From an uncultured Acidimicrobiia bacterium (GTDB taxonomy: Bacteria > Actinomycetota > Acidimicrobiia > IMCC26256 > JAENVU01), in NCBI GenBank assembly GCA_963796755.1, contig CAWCMX010000005.1:840805-904804 (forward strand): DNA of 64,000 nucleotides, written 5' to 3'. The notes beneath the pieces were generated by a model. That model had not been told where the DNA came from and did not search any database. It saw only the letters and a program-made list of their open reading frames with translations. Position 1 is the first letter of the stretch. The number at the start of each line of letters is the position of its first letter. The position numbers were made by a program, and so were the translations under genes. This document shows positions 19,850 through 28,059 of this stretch, in pieces.

Positions 19850-20313
19850 GCGGGCCCCTCGGCATCGCGGAGTTCCACCCTGACGACCAGGCTGCCGTAC
19901 GGCGATTGATCCTCGACGGCCTCGAGGAGCACTGGGGTGTGCTCGATGCCGCGCTCAACCCGGATCTGGAGGACATCGCGGCGAGCTACGAGCACGGTCT
20001 GGTCCTGGTGGCGCGACGCGACGGTGTCGTCGTCGGTGCGGGCGCGGTGGTGCCGATCAGTGCGGATGAGGGCGAGGTGAAGCGGATGTCCGTCGCGCGC
20101 GATCAACGCCGGACCGGGGTCGCGAGCACGCTCCTGCGGGCGATGGCCGCGATCGGGTCTCGGCGCGGCTGGCGCGCGCTGGTGTTGGAGACGACGGCGA
20201 CGTGGACGGATGCCGTCGGGCTGTACGAGCACTTCGGCTTCACGCTGACGCACCACGAAGACGGTGAGTTCGGCCGCGACGCCTACTTCCGGCTGGAGCT
20301 CCCCGCCGGCTGA
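19846..20313 (+). CDS. GNAT-family N-acetyltransferase
   Basis: Intact ORF overlapping the previous stop (ATGA). …GEVKRMSVARDQRRTGVASTLLRAMAAIG…AVGLYEHFGF. Confidence 0.8.
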   Translation: MSGPLGIAEFHPDDQAAVRRLILDGLEEHWGVLDAALNPDLEDIAASYEHGLVLVARRDGVVVGAGAVVPISADEGEVKRMSVARDQRRTGVASTLLRAMAAIGSRRGWRALVLETTATWTDAVGLYEHFGFTLTHHEDGEFGRDAYFRLELPAG

Positions 20314-20371
20314 GTTCGCGGTGAAACGCAGGGCCCGGCTCAGGAGAGTGTCTCTCGGAGGGCACGATGCG

Positions 20372-20893
20372 ATGCTCGTGGGAGTGACCGACAGAGGCAG
20401 GGCCGAAGGTCTCGACTTCGACGACTTCTACGGCCGCGAGTACGGGCGGATCGTCGCGCTCGGGTACGCGCTGACCGGAGATCGGGGCGCGGCCGAGGAC
20501 GCCGCGCAGGACGCGTTCCTCGCCGCGCATCGGGACTGGGACCGTATCGGCCGGTACGACGCGCCGGGAGCCTGGGTTCGTCGGGTCGTCGTGAACCGAT
20601 CCCGTTCCCGATTCCGCCGGCGGGGTCGGGAGAGCTCTGCGCTGGCGCGGGTCGCATCGGCCGAGCCTGCTTTCACCGAAGCGAGGTACGACGAGTCCGA
20701 GGAGTTCTGGCGGGCGGTGCGGGCGCTGCCGCCGAAGCTCGCCCGCTGTGTCGTGCTGCACTACGTCGACGACCTCGATGCCGCGGCGATCGCCGACGTG
20801 CTGGGCGTCGCGCGGTCGACCGTCCGGGTGCACCTCCACCGGGCTCGGCAAGCGCTGGCGAAGTCCCTCGGGCTCGAGGAGGAGGACGCATGA
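20372..20893 (+). CDS. ECF (sigma-70 family) RNA polymerase sigma factor
   Basis: From ATG 20372 within ORF 20264..20893. Region 2 reads FDDFYGREYGRIVALGYALTGDRGAAEDAAQDAFLAAHRDWDRI…WVRRVVVN. Region 4 reads LPPKLARCVVLHYVDDLDAAAIADVLGVARSTVRVHLHRARQAL. Confidence 0.85.
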   Translation: MLVGVTDRGRAEGLDFDDFYGREYGRIVALGYALTGDRGAAEDAAQDAFLAAHRDWDRIGRYDAPGAWVRRVVVNRSRSRFRRRGRESSALARVASAEPAFTEARYDESEEFWRAVRALPPKLARCVVLHYVDDLDAAAIADVLGVARSTVRVHLHRARQALAKSLGLEEEDA

Positions 20894-22158
20894 ACGTCGA
20901 CGAGACCGGTCGGCGCGCCGGAGCGGACCTGCGCGCTCGCTTCGACACCGCGTCCACGCCCGCGCCGGATCTCTCGTTCGCGCGGCGCGGTGGGGGACCG
21001 CAGTCGCGACGACGCGGCGCGCTGGTCGGGGTCGCGCTGGTGCTGTTGATCGCGGTGATCATCGGGTTGATCCTGTCGGAGCGGGATCCGGAACCGGCGT
21101 CGGGTCCTGGCGGGGCCTGGAAGCGGATCGACCTTCGTACAGGGTTCGGTCGGGACGTGGGGACGGTCCAGATCGTTGCCCGCGGCACCGGCTTCGTCGC
21201 GGTCGGAACTCGCGGCGTCCCCAAGACGGGCCTTCGACCCGCAGTGTGGACGTCGACGGACGGGCTGCATTGGGACGCGGTACAGGGGACACGGTTTCCG
21301 TCCGGTCGTCCGTTCTCCGGGTTCAGGAGCGTCGCGGCGCGCCACGGTGAGCTGGTGGCGTCGACCGAAGCAACGAACCAGCTGTGGTACTCGGCAGACG
21401 CGAAGACGTGGCGCCGTGCGTCATTTCCCAGCGCGCCCCAACTCGACGGGATCTACGTGACGGGCGATCCCGGTGCGTTCATCGCCCTCGGTTCGGCTCC
21501 GGGCTCGGCCGTGAGCAATCCGCCGCAGCCGGCACCCGTCTGGACGTCCGTGCGCGGCCACAGCTGGTCGTCGGTCGCATCGACCGGAGCACCGCCGCTG
21601 GGGATCGGTCTGTTCCCGGCGGCGCGGCTACACCGGACCTGGCTCGCGATCGAGTCAACGGCGCTCAGCGATCCGGACGGTCGCGCCGCGTTCGCTTCAC
21701 GCGACGGCCTGCACTGGGCCGAGCTCGCGAAAGCGAACGTGCCGGACCGCTTCGGCAACGTCCTTGCGAGCAATGCGGCCCGGACGCGCGTGTTGGGCAT
21801 CCAGTTCGAGCACTACGAACCCCGGTACTCATTCGGGGGTCGGCTGTGGTTCACGAGGAATGCCAAGAAGTGGATCGAGATCACGTCGTTCCACCGTCAG
21901 CTGCCCGCGGCCAACCCCGATCACCTGGTCCGGCTCGGTCACTGGTGGGTTCTCGGCGGGAACACCGGCGCGGCAGACGGCCTGCGTAGCGCGTCGATGT
22001 GGACGTCGCCCGACCTCCGGCACTGGTACGAGATGCCCAAGCATCTCGAGGGCCCCGAGTCCTACGGCGCGGCGGTCGCGGTCACCGCGAGCTCCGGGAA
22101 GGTTGTAGGAGTCGCGAACGTCGCCCACCTGCTCTGGGTCTGGTCGCCGCCGGATTGA
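20890..22158 (+). CDS. membrane-anchored protein with six BNR/Asp-box-like repeats (putative beta-propeller; candidate sigma-factor partner)
   Basis: The start overlaps the sigma stop (ATGA). There is one TM helix (ALVGVALVLLIAVIIGLIL). Six spaced repeats follow: VWTSTDGLHWDAV, LWYSADAKTWRRA, VWTSVRGHSWSSV, FASRDGLHWAEL, LWFTRNAKKWIEI, MWTSPDLRHWYEM. Confidence 0.7.
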   Translation: MNVDETGRRAGADLRARFDTASTPAPDLSFARRGGGPQSRRRGALVGVALVLLIAVIIGLILSERDPEPASGPGGAWKRIDLRTGFGRDVGTVQIVARGTGFVAVGTRGVPKTGLRPAVWTSTDGLHWDAVQGTRFPSGRPFSGFRSVAARHGELVASTEATNQLWYSADAKTWRRASFPSAPQLDGIYVTGDPGAFIALGSAPGSAVSNPPQPAPVWTSVRGHSWSSVASTGAPPLGIGLFPAARLHRTWLAIESTALSDPDGRAAFASRDGLHWAELAKANVPDRFGNVLASNAARTRVLGIQFEHYEPRYSFGGRLWFTRNAKKWIEITSFHRQLPAANPDHLVRLGHWWVLGGNTGAADGLRSASMWTSPDLRHWYEMPKHLEGPESYGAAVAVTASSGKVVGVANVAHLLWVWSPPD

Positions 22159-22178
22159 TCTCGAGGTCTCCCTTGCGG

Positions 22179-22194
22179 TCGAACGTATGTTCGG
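22179..22194 (+). promoter_or_regulatory. LexA-type SOS box (TCGAAC-N4-GTTCGg)
   Basis: TCGAACGTATGTTCGG matches the Gram-positive/mycobacterial SOS (Cheo) box TCGAAC-N4-GTTCGA at 15 of 16 positions. It lies about 70 nt upstream of the HNH/DUF222 gene. Confidence 0.6.
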
Positions 22195-22261
22195 TGTGAG
22201 GTGTCGTTACCTCCCCCCGTGCTTCCCCGACTCGTGTTGGTTCGTCTGGTTGGGAGCGCTC

Positions 22262-23446
22262 GTGTTGGAGGTGGTGGCGGAGTCGATCGCGTCGTTGCGG
22301 CAGGTGGTGGCGACGTTGGATCCTTCGGTGCTGTCGGGGCCGGACGCGAAACGGTTGGTGGAGGACTTCGCGGCGGTGGAGCGGTTGGCCGGGGCGGGCA
22401 AGACGTTGGCTGCGGGCCGGTTGGCGCAGACCGGTGCGTGGGTGGGTGACGGTTCGCATCGCGATGTCGGGTCGTGGATGGCCGCAGCGACCGGGACCAC
22501 GGTCGGTCAGGCCCGTCAGACCCTCGAGACCGCGCAACGGTTGGGTGGGTTGGCGGCGACGGAGTCGGTGTTCCGGGCGGGGTCGCTGTCGGGGGTCCAG
22601 GTCGACGCGATTGCGACGGCCGCGTCCGCCGATCCCAGCGCCGAGTCTTCGTTGTTGGAGCACGCGTCGAGCGATGGGGTGCGCGGGTTGCGCGCCGCGT
22701 GCGCGGCGGTCGAAGCCGCGGCGTCGAGGGACCAGGCCGCCCGGTACGAGGCGTGCCGCGCCCGCAGAAGCCTCCGACACCGGCGCGTGTCAGACGTCGA
22801 GGGCGTCTTGGAGATGCGCGGACCGTTGGATGTCACCGCCAGGGTCATGGCCGCGCTCGCGCCGCACGAAGCCGAGCTGTTCGACCAGGCTCGTTCGTCG
22901 GAGCGGCGGGAGCATCCCGAAGCGCTCGCCTTCGACGCGTTGGCGCAGATGGCCGACGAGTCCGCCGCGGTCGCAGCGGAGTCGAACGGGAACCGCGCGC
23001 CGGCGACCGTGGTCGCCCACGTCGATCACACCGCGTTCACCCGCGGGTGGACCGAACCCGGTGAGACCTGCCAGATCGCCGGGATCGGAGCGGTCCCCGT
23101 GTTGGTCGTGCGCAAGCTCGCCGGCGACGCCATCCTCAAAGCCCTGATCACCGACGGCACCGACATCCGTTCGGTCAGCCACCTCGGCCGCACGATCCCC
23201 GCCCGGTTACGCACCGCGATCGCAGCGTTGTACCCCGAATGTGTGATCGCCGGCTGCCACGTCGATCGACACCTCGAGATCGACCACAACACCCCCGTGT
23301 GCGCGGGCGGGCGCACCGACGCCGAGAACCTCGCCCCGCTGTGTCACTTCCACCACGACGAGAAGACCATCAACGACCTCCGCGTCGAAGGCACCGGCAC
23401 CCACCGAACCCTCGTTCCCGCCCCACGACCACCACCCGAACCATGA
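22262..23446 (+). CDS. HNH endonuclease with N-terminal DUF222-type domain (13E12-repeat-like family)
   Basis: ORF 22187..23446. The ATG at 22187 lies inside the SOS box, so I prefer GTG 22262 (GGGAG 5 nt upstream; VLEVVAESIASLRQVV…). The HNH motif is CHVDRHLEIDHNTPVCAGGRTDAENLAPLCHFHHDEKT. Confidence 0.8.
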   Translation: MLEVVAESIASLRQVVATLDPSVLSGPDAKRLVEDFAAVERLAGAGKTLAAGRLAQTGAWVGDGSHRDVGSWMAAATGTTVGQARQTLETAQRLGGLAATESVFRAGSLSGVQVDAIATAASADPSAESSLLEHASSDGVRGLRAACAAVEAAASRDQAARYEACRARRSLRHRRVSDVEGVLEMRGPLDVTARVMAALAPHEAELFDQARSSERREHPEALAFDALAQMADESAAVAAESNGNRAPATVVAHVDHTAFTRGWTEPGETCQIAGIGAVPVLVVRKLAGDAILKALITDGTDIRSVSHLGRTIPARLRTAIAALYPECVIAGCHVDRHLEIDHNTPVCAGGRTDAENLAPLCHFHHDEKTINDLRVEGTGTHRTLVPAPRPPPEP

Positions 23447-23496
23447 CCACGCGGCGGCACATGCTTGATGCGCGGTTCGGTCGGCGCGGTCGCGCC

Positions 23497-25047
23497 CTAC
23501 GGGCGGACGGTCGGGCGCGGACCGCCGCTCGCGCGCCGTGGGGCCGCGAGGTTCGCGAACTCGCAGAGCAGCGGGCGGGTGTCGCGGGGGTCGACGATCT
23601 CTTCGATCATGAAGGCCTCGGCGGTCTTGAACGGGTTGCGAGCGCGGGCGAGGCGCGCTTCGATCTCGGCCCGCAGGGCGACGGGATCCTCGGCGGCTTC
23701 GAGCTGCGCCCGGTACGCGGCTTCGATCCCGCCTTCGAGGGGGAGCGAGCCCCACTCGCCGGACGGCCACGCGAAGCGGTACGAGAAGCGCGACGCGTTC
23801 TGATGGGCCGCGCCGGCCACGCCGTAGACCTTGCGGAGCAGCACGGAGCACCACGGCACGGTCGCCTGGTACACCGCGGCGAGCGCCCGGGCGCCGTGAC
23901 GGATGGTGCCGGCCTGTTCCGCGGCGGTGCCGATGAGGAAGCCGGGGTTGTCGACGAGGTGGACCACGGGGAGACGGAACGTCTCGGCCAGGTCCACGAA
24001 GCGCTCGACCTTGCGGGACGCGTCGGCCGTCCAACCGCCCGCGTAGTGATACGGGTCGTTGGCCAGCACCGCGACCGGCCAGCCGTCGAGGCGCGCGAGC
24101 CCGGTCACGGCGGAGCGGCCCCAGAGCCGGCCGATCTCGAGGAACGAACCCTGGTCGACGACGGCGCCGATGATCGACCGCACCTTGTAGACGGTGCGCC
24201 GGTCGCGGGGGATCGCGTCGAGGAGCGTGGGGTCGCGCCGCTCCGGGTCGTCGGCGATCGCGGCGCGCGGGGGGAGCTCCTCGATCGAGCTCGGCAGGTA
24301 CGAGAGGAACCGACGGGCCCGCGCGAACGCAGCCTCTTCGGTCGCGACCTCGTCGTCGACGGTGCCGTTGCGGGTGTGGATGCTGCTCCCGCCCAGCGAC
24401 TCCTTGTCGACGGTCTCCACGCCGAGCTGGTTCACGATCACGGGCCCGGCCACGAACAGGTGACTCGTCTCCTTGACCATCAACGAGTAGTGGCTCGTCA
24501 CGACCCGGGCCGCGCCGAGCCCCGCCACCGATCCGAGGCACAGGCTGACGACCGGCACGCGGCTGAGGTTCGCGACCACCCATTCCCAGCCCGGGTTGAA
24601 CGGCACGAACGCCCGTCGCTCGGTCTCCAGGGTCTTGACGGAGCCGCCGCCGCCCGAGCCGTCGACGAGACGCACGATGGGGAGGCCGAGGTCGTGGGCC
24701 ATGCGCTCCGCGTGCACCTGCTTCTGGAAGATCGCCGCGTCGGCCGCGCCGCCCCGCACGGTGAAGTCGTCGCCGCCGACGACGACGGTGCGGCCGTCGA
24801 CCCGGCCCCGGCCCATGACGAAGTTCGCGGGGGTGAGCGCGGTGAGCTCGCCGCTCTCGTCGTAGGTGCCCCGGCCGGTGAGCGCGCCGATCTCGTGGAA
24901 CGAGCCGGGGTCGAGCAGGCCGGCGATGCGATCGCGGACCGTGAGCTTGCCGAGGTCGCGGTGGCGCTTGACCTTCTCGTCGCCCCCCATCTCGTGCGCG
25001 AACGACGTCCGGCGGCGGAGATCTTCGAGCTCGGGTTCCCAGGTCAC
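23497..25047 (-). CDS. acyl-CoA carboxylase carboxyltransferase (beta) subunit
   Basis: Intact 516-aa ORF. …GRVDGRTVVVGGDDFTVRGGA…PIVRLVDGSGGG…VVSLCLGSVAGLGA…PVVHLVDNPGFLIG…VLLRKVYGVAG… shows both carboxyltransferase halves. Confidence 0.85.
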   Translation of the reverse strand: MTWEPELEDLRRRTSFAHEMGGDEKVKRHRDLGKLTVRDRIAGLLDPGSFHEIGALTGRGTYDESGELTALTPANFVMGRGRVDGRTVVVGGDDFTVRGGAADAAIFQKQVHAERMAHDLGLPIVRLVDGSGGGGSVKTLETERRAFVPFNPGWEWVVANLSRVPVVSLCLGSVAGLGAARVVTSHYSLMVKETSHLFVAGPVIVNQLGVETVDKESLGGSSIHTRNGTVDDEVATEEAAFARARRFLSYLPSSIEELPPRAAIADDPERRDPTLLDAIPRDRRTVYKVRSIIGAVVDQGSFLEIGRLWGRSAVTGLARLDGWPVAVLANDPYHYAGGWTADASRKVERFVDLAETFRLPVVHLVDNPGFLIGTAAEQAGTIRHGARALAAVYQATVPWCSVLLRKVYGVAGAAHQNASRFSYRFAWPSGEWGSLPLEGGIEAAYRAQLEAAEDPVALRAEIEARLARARNPFKTAEAFMIEEIVDPRDTRPLLCEFANLAAPRRASGGPRPTVRP

Positions 25048-25104
25048 TCGGGCGAGTGTCCCCGCCGCTTGACCGAGTGGTCAAGCGGACCGAGGATGGC
25101 GGTC

Positions 25105-26157
25105 ATGCGTGCAGCGATTGCCCGACGCGGGCAGATGGTCGTCGAAGATGTGCCGGAGCCGAGCCCGGGCGCGGGCGACGCGCTGGTGGAGGTGCGGGCC
25201 TGCGGGATCTGCGGCTCGGATCTGCACACCCTCCATCACGCGGACAGCCTGCTCGCGGTCGCGGAGCTCGGCGGCGGTGTGAGCTCGTTCGATCCCAACG
25301 CCGACTTCGTGATGGGTCACGAGTACTCGGGCGAGGTGGTGGAGCTGGGGCCCGAGACCGACGGGGCGCCGGTGGCGGTGGGGGACCTGGTGGTGTCGAT
25401 GCCGTTCGCGATGGTCGGCGCCGGGATCGAGCCCATCGGGTTCTCGAACACCTACAACGGTGCGTACGCGGACCGGATGCGGCTCACGGCCGGGATGTGC
25501 CTGAAGGTCCCGAACGGGCTCGACGCCCGGCGCGCCGCGCTGACGGAGCCGATGACCGTCGGCCTGCACGCGGTGAACAAGTCGGGGATCAAGCCGGGGG
25601 AAGGTGCGCTGGTGCTCGGTTGCGGTCCGGTCGGGCTGGCGCTGATCGCCGCGCTGAAGTCGAAGGGCATCGAGCCGATCGTCGCGGCGGACTTCTCGCC
25701 CCGGCGCCGCGCGATCGCGACGGCGATGGGCGCGCACGAAGTCGTGAGCCCGAACGAGGAGTCCGCGATCGACGCGTGGAACCGGATCGGCGCGCCGCGC
25801 CCGGTCGTGCTCTTCGAGGCGATCGGCATCCCGGGCATCATCGATCAGGCGATGCGCGACGCACCGCCGCTGAGCCGCATCGTGATCGTGGGCGTCTGCA
25901 TGGAGACGGACCACATGCTGCCGCTGGTGGGCATCGTCAAGGAGCTGAACCTGCAGTTCACCTTCTATTACGACCCGATCGAGTTCGGGGAGACGCTGCG
26001 CGCGATCGCCGAGGGTGAGCTGGACGTCACGCCGATGATGACGGGCGTCGTCGGCATCGACGGTGTTCCCGCCGCGTTCGACGCGCTCGCGAACCCGGAA
26101 GAGCAGATCAAGATCCTCATCGAGCCCGGCGCCCCCGCCGCCCTCACCGACATCTGA
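25105..26157 (+). CDS. zinc-binding medium-chain alcohol dehydrogenase/reductase
   Basis: End of ORF 23239..26157. ATG 25105 (GAGGA 9 nt upstream) or ATG 25096. MRAAIARRGQMVVEDVPEP…VEVRACGICGSDLH…GHEYSGEVVELG…LVLGCGPVGLALI. Confidence 0.85.
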   Translation: MRAAIARRGQMVVEDVPEPSPGAGDALVEVRACGICGSDLHTLHHADSLLAVAELGGGVSSFDPNADFVMGHEYSGEVVELGPETDGAPVAVGDLVVSMPFAMVGAGIEPIGFSNTYNGAYADRMRLTAGMCLKVPNGLDARRAALTEPMTVGLHAVNKSGIKPGEGALVLGCGPVGLALIAALKSKGIEPIVAADFSPRRRAIATAMGAHEVVSPNEESAIDAWNRIGAPRPVVLFEAIGIPGIIDQAMRDAPPLSRIVIVGVCMETDHMLPLVGIVKELNLQFTFYYDPIEFGETLRAIAEGELDVTPMMTGVVGIDGVPAAFDALANPEEQIKILIEPGAPAALTDI

Positions 26158-26176
26158 CCTGACCCATACCCTCTGC

Positions 26177-26223
26177 TTCTCGGCCCGCTGAACCGCGCTG
26201 GGCGCGGTCGAACGGGCCGAGAA
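26177..26223. terminator. long GC-rich hairpin between convergent genes (candidate bidirectional terminator, no U tract)
   Basis: The outer arms are TTCTCGGCCCG…CGGGCCGAGAA (11 bp). They enclose an inner ACCGCGC-TGG-GCGCGGT (7 bp). The hairpin sits between the ADH stop (26157) and the GNAT stop (26249). Confidence 0.4.
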
Positions 26224-26248
26224 CGGTGGCGAGCGGGTGCGGGCGCGG

Positions 26249-27049
26249 TCAGGCGGGTGGGAAGAGGGTGCGGTAGTGGTAGCGGTAGGTGTCGACGAAC
26301 CCGGCGCGGGTGTAGAGCGCGCGGGCGCCGGTGTTGCTCTCCTCGACCTGGAGGTAGAGGCGGGGCGCGTCGCGGTCGACGGCCCACTGCGTCAGCGTGT
26401 GCAGGACCGCGGTGGCCGCGCCCCGGCGACGGGCTTCGGGGCGGGTGCCCATGCCGAAGATGCCGGTCCAACCGCGGTCGAGCACCGCGAAGCCGATCGC
26501 GACGGCCGGCCCGTCGGCGGGCGCGACCACCGCGGTCGCGGGACCCTTCAGGGAGTGGATCGCCCGGCCGTAGGCGAGGACCCGTTCGCGCGCGTCCTGG
26601 ACGTCGCCGTGCAGTGCGGCGTTCGCCGCGCTCCCACTGCCGCTTGCCCCGCTCGGCGGTGACGCGACCCTCGCCTTCGGTGCGCGCCAGGACGATCGTC
26701 GCGCCGGCGCACATGACGACGACCGGCGCCTCGATCTCGTAGCCCCGCTGCTCGAGCACCTGATCGAGCTCGGGTGGCTGCGCCGCGTCCGAGATCTGGA
26801 ACCGGGCCGGTCGATAGCGCTCGGCGTAGAACTCCTCGACGGTGTCGATCGCGTCGTCGAGGTGGACCTCAGTGAGCTCGCCGTTGGGAAGCACGGAGTT
26901 CGCGCGGCGAAACGGCGCGTCGGGAGTGGACCGCAGCTGCCAACCGTCGAGCGCGCGCACGAGCGCGGGTGCCGTCGCGCGCCCGCGAGCTCGTCGAGGA
27001 GCCGCACGACGAGCTTCGCAGGCGCGGGTGGCTGCTCGGGACCTTCCAT
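26249..27049 (-). pseudogene. GNAT-family N-acetyltransferase (two-domain type), compensating pair of apparent frameshifts (~26975, ~26645)
   Basis: The ends lie in the frame of 26249..27049 (MEGPEQPPAPAKLVVRLLDELAG… and …AIGFAVLDRGWTGIFGMGTRPEARRRGAATAVLHTLTQWA…ALYTRAGF). The centre lies in the frame of 25968..27377 (ALVRALDGWQLRSTPDAPFRRANSVLPNGEL…YEIEAPVVVMCA). Confidence 0.75.
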
Positions 27050-27084
27050 CGGCTCGAAGGTATCCCGGGCTAGCGTCCGGCCCG

Positions 27085-28059
27085 ATGCCGGTGATCGAGC
27101 TCGTCGGGCTCCGCAAGCAGTACCGGCGGGGGAAGACGGTCGCCATCGCGGGTCTCGATCTCGAGGTGCCCGAGGGCGGGGTCTTCGGCTTCCTGGGGCC
27201 CAACGGGTCTGGGAAGACGACGACGATCCGGTGCGTGCTCGGGCTCGTCCGACCGACCGGCGGTCGCGCCGCGATGCTCGGCGCCGAGGTGCCGCGACAC
27301 CTCGTCCGGGTGGTGGGGCAGGTCGGCTCGATCGTCGAGACCCCGGCGCTGTTCCCGGCGTTCTCGGCCCGGCGCAACCTCGAGCTGCTGGCCCAGCTGG
27401 AGGGGATCGGGCCGCGGGCGGTCGGGGCGATGCTCGAGCGGGTCGGGCTTGAGGGGCGGGAGGACCATCCCGCGCGGAGCTACTCGCTCGGGATGCGCCA
27501 GCGGCTCGGGCTCGCGGCCGCGCTGCTGAAGGACCCGGCGCTGCTGATCCTCGACGAGCCCTCGAACGGCCTGGACCCCGCGGGCATCAAGGAGTTCCGC
27601 GAGCTCATCCGGTCGCTGGGCGCCGAGGGCCGGACGGTGTTCGTGTCCAGCCATCTGCTGGGCGAGGTGCAACAGATGTGCGACCGCGTCGCGATCATCG
27701 CCCGCGGCCGGTTGGTGACCCAGGGCTCGGTCGCCGAGGTGCTCTCGCTCGGGCACCAGGCGAAGCTGCTGGTGCGCGTCCCCGAGCCCGGCGTCGCGAC
27801 CGCGGTGCTGGCGGCCGCGGGGATCGTAGCGAGCGCGTACGACCCCACGACCGAGCTGCTGCACGTCGACGCGACGGCGGACGACGGCGCGCGCGTCACC
27901 GAGGTGCTCGCGCGCGCCGGCATCTACCTCAGCGAGCTGCGCACCGAAGCGGTCGACCTCGAGACCGTCTTCCTCGAGCTGACCGAAGGCCGCGGCCCGG
28001 GCGGCCCCGGCGGCGCGGGTGGACCCGGCGGCGCGCCCGACCCGGGAGCCGGCGGATGA
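27085..28059 (+). CDS. ABC transporter ATP-binding protein
   Basis: From ATG 27085 in ORF 26842..28059. Walker A is GPNGSGKTT, the signature is YSLGMRQRLGLA and Walker B is LLILDEPSNGLD. There is a Gly/Pro-rich tail. Confidence 0.9.
   Translation: MPVIELVGLRKQYRRGKTVAIAGLDLEVPEGGVFGFLGPNGSGKTTTIRCVLGLVRPTGGRAAMLGAEVPRHLVRVVGQVGSIVETPALFPAFSARRNLELLAQLEGIGPRAVGAMLERVGLEGREDHPARSYSLGMRQRLGLAAALLKDPALLILDEPSNGLDPAGIKEFRELIRSLGAEGRTVFVSSHLLGEVQQMCDRVAIIARGRLVTQGSVAEVLSLGHQAKLLVRVPEPGVATAVLAAAGIVASAYDPTTELLHVDATADDGARVTEVLARAGIYLSELRTEAVDLETVFLELTEGRGPGGPGGAGGPGGAPDPGAGG

Noticed and set aside
20313-20372. An ECF-type promoter (GGAAC-N17-GTT-like) upstream of the first sigma gene (TGAAAC…GTGTCT).
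   Set aside because: The spacing is about 20 nt and the half-sites are poor matches, so it is not supportable from sequence alone.
22187-22261. ATG at 22187 as the start of the HNH/DUF222 gene (MFGVRCRYLPPCFPDSCWFVW…).
   Set aside because: The ATG lies inside the LexA operator and the first 25 codons look non-protein-like. GTG 22262 has a GGGAG Shine-Dalgarno and starts the conserved VLEVVAESI… N-terminus.
22262-23446. An IS element or transposon carrying the HNH gene.
   Set aside because: There is no transposase, no terminal inverted repeats and no target duplication visible in the flanks. I treat it as a stand-alone SOS-regulated HNH gene.
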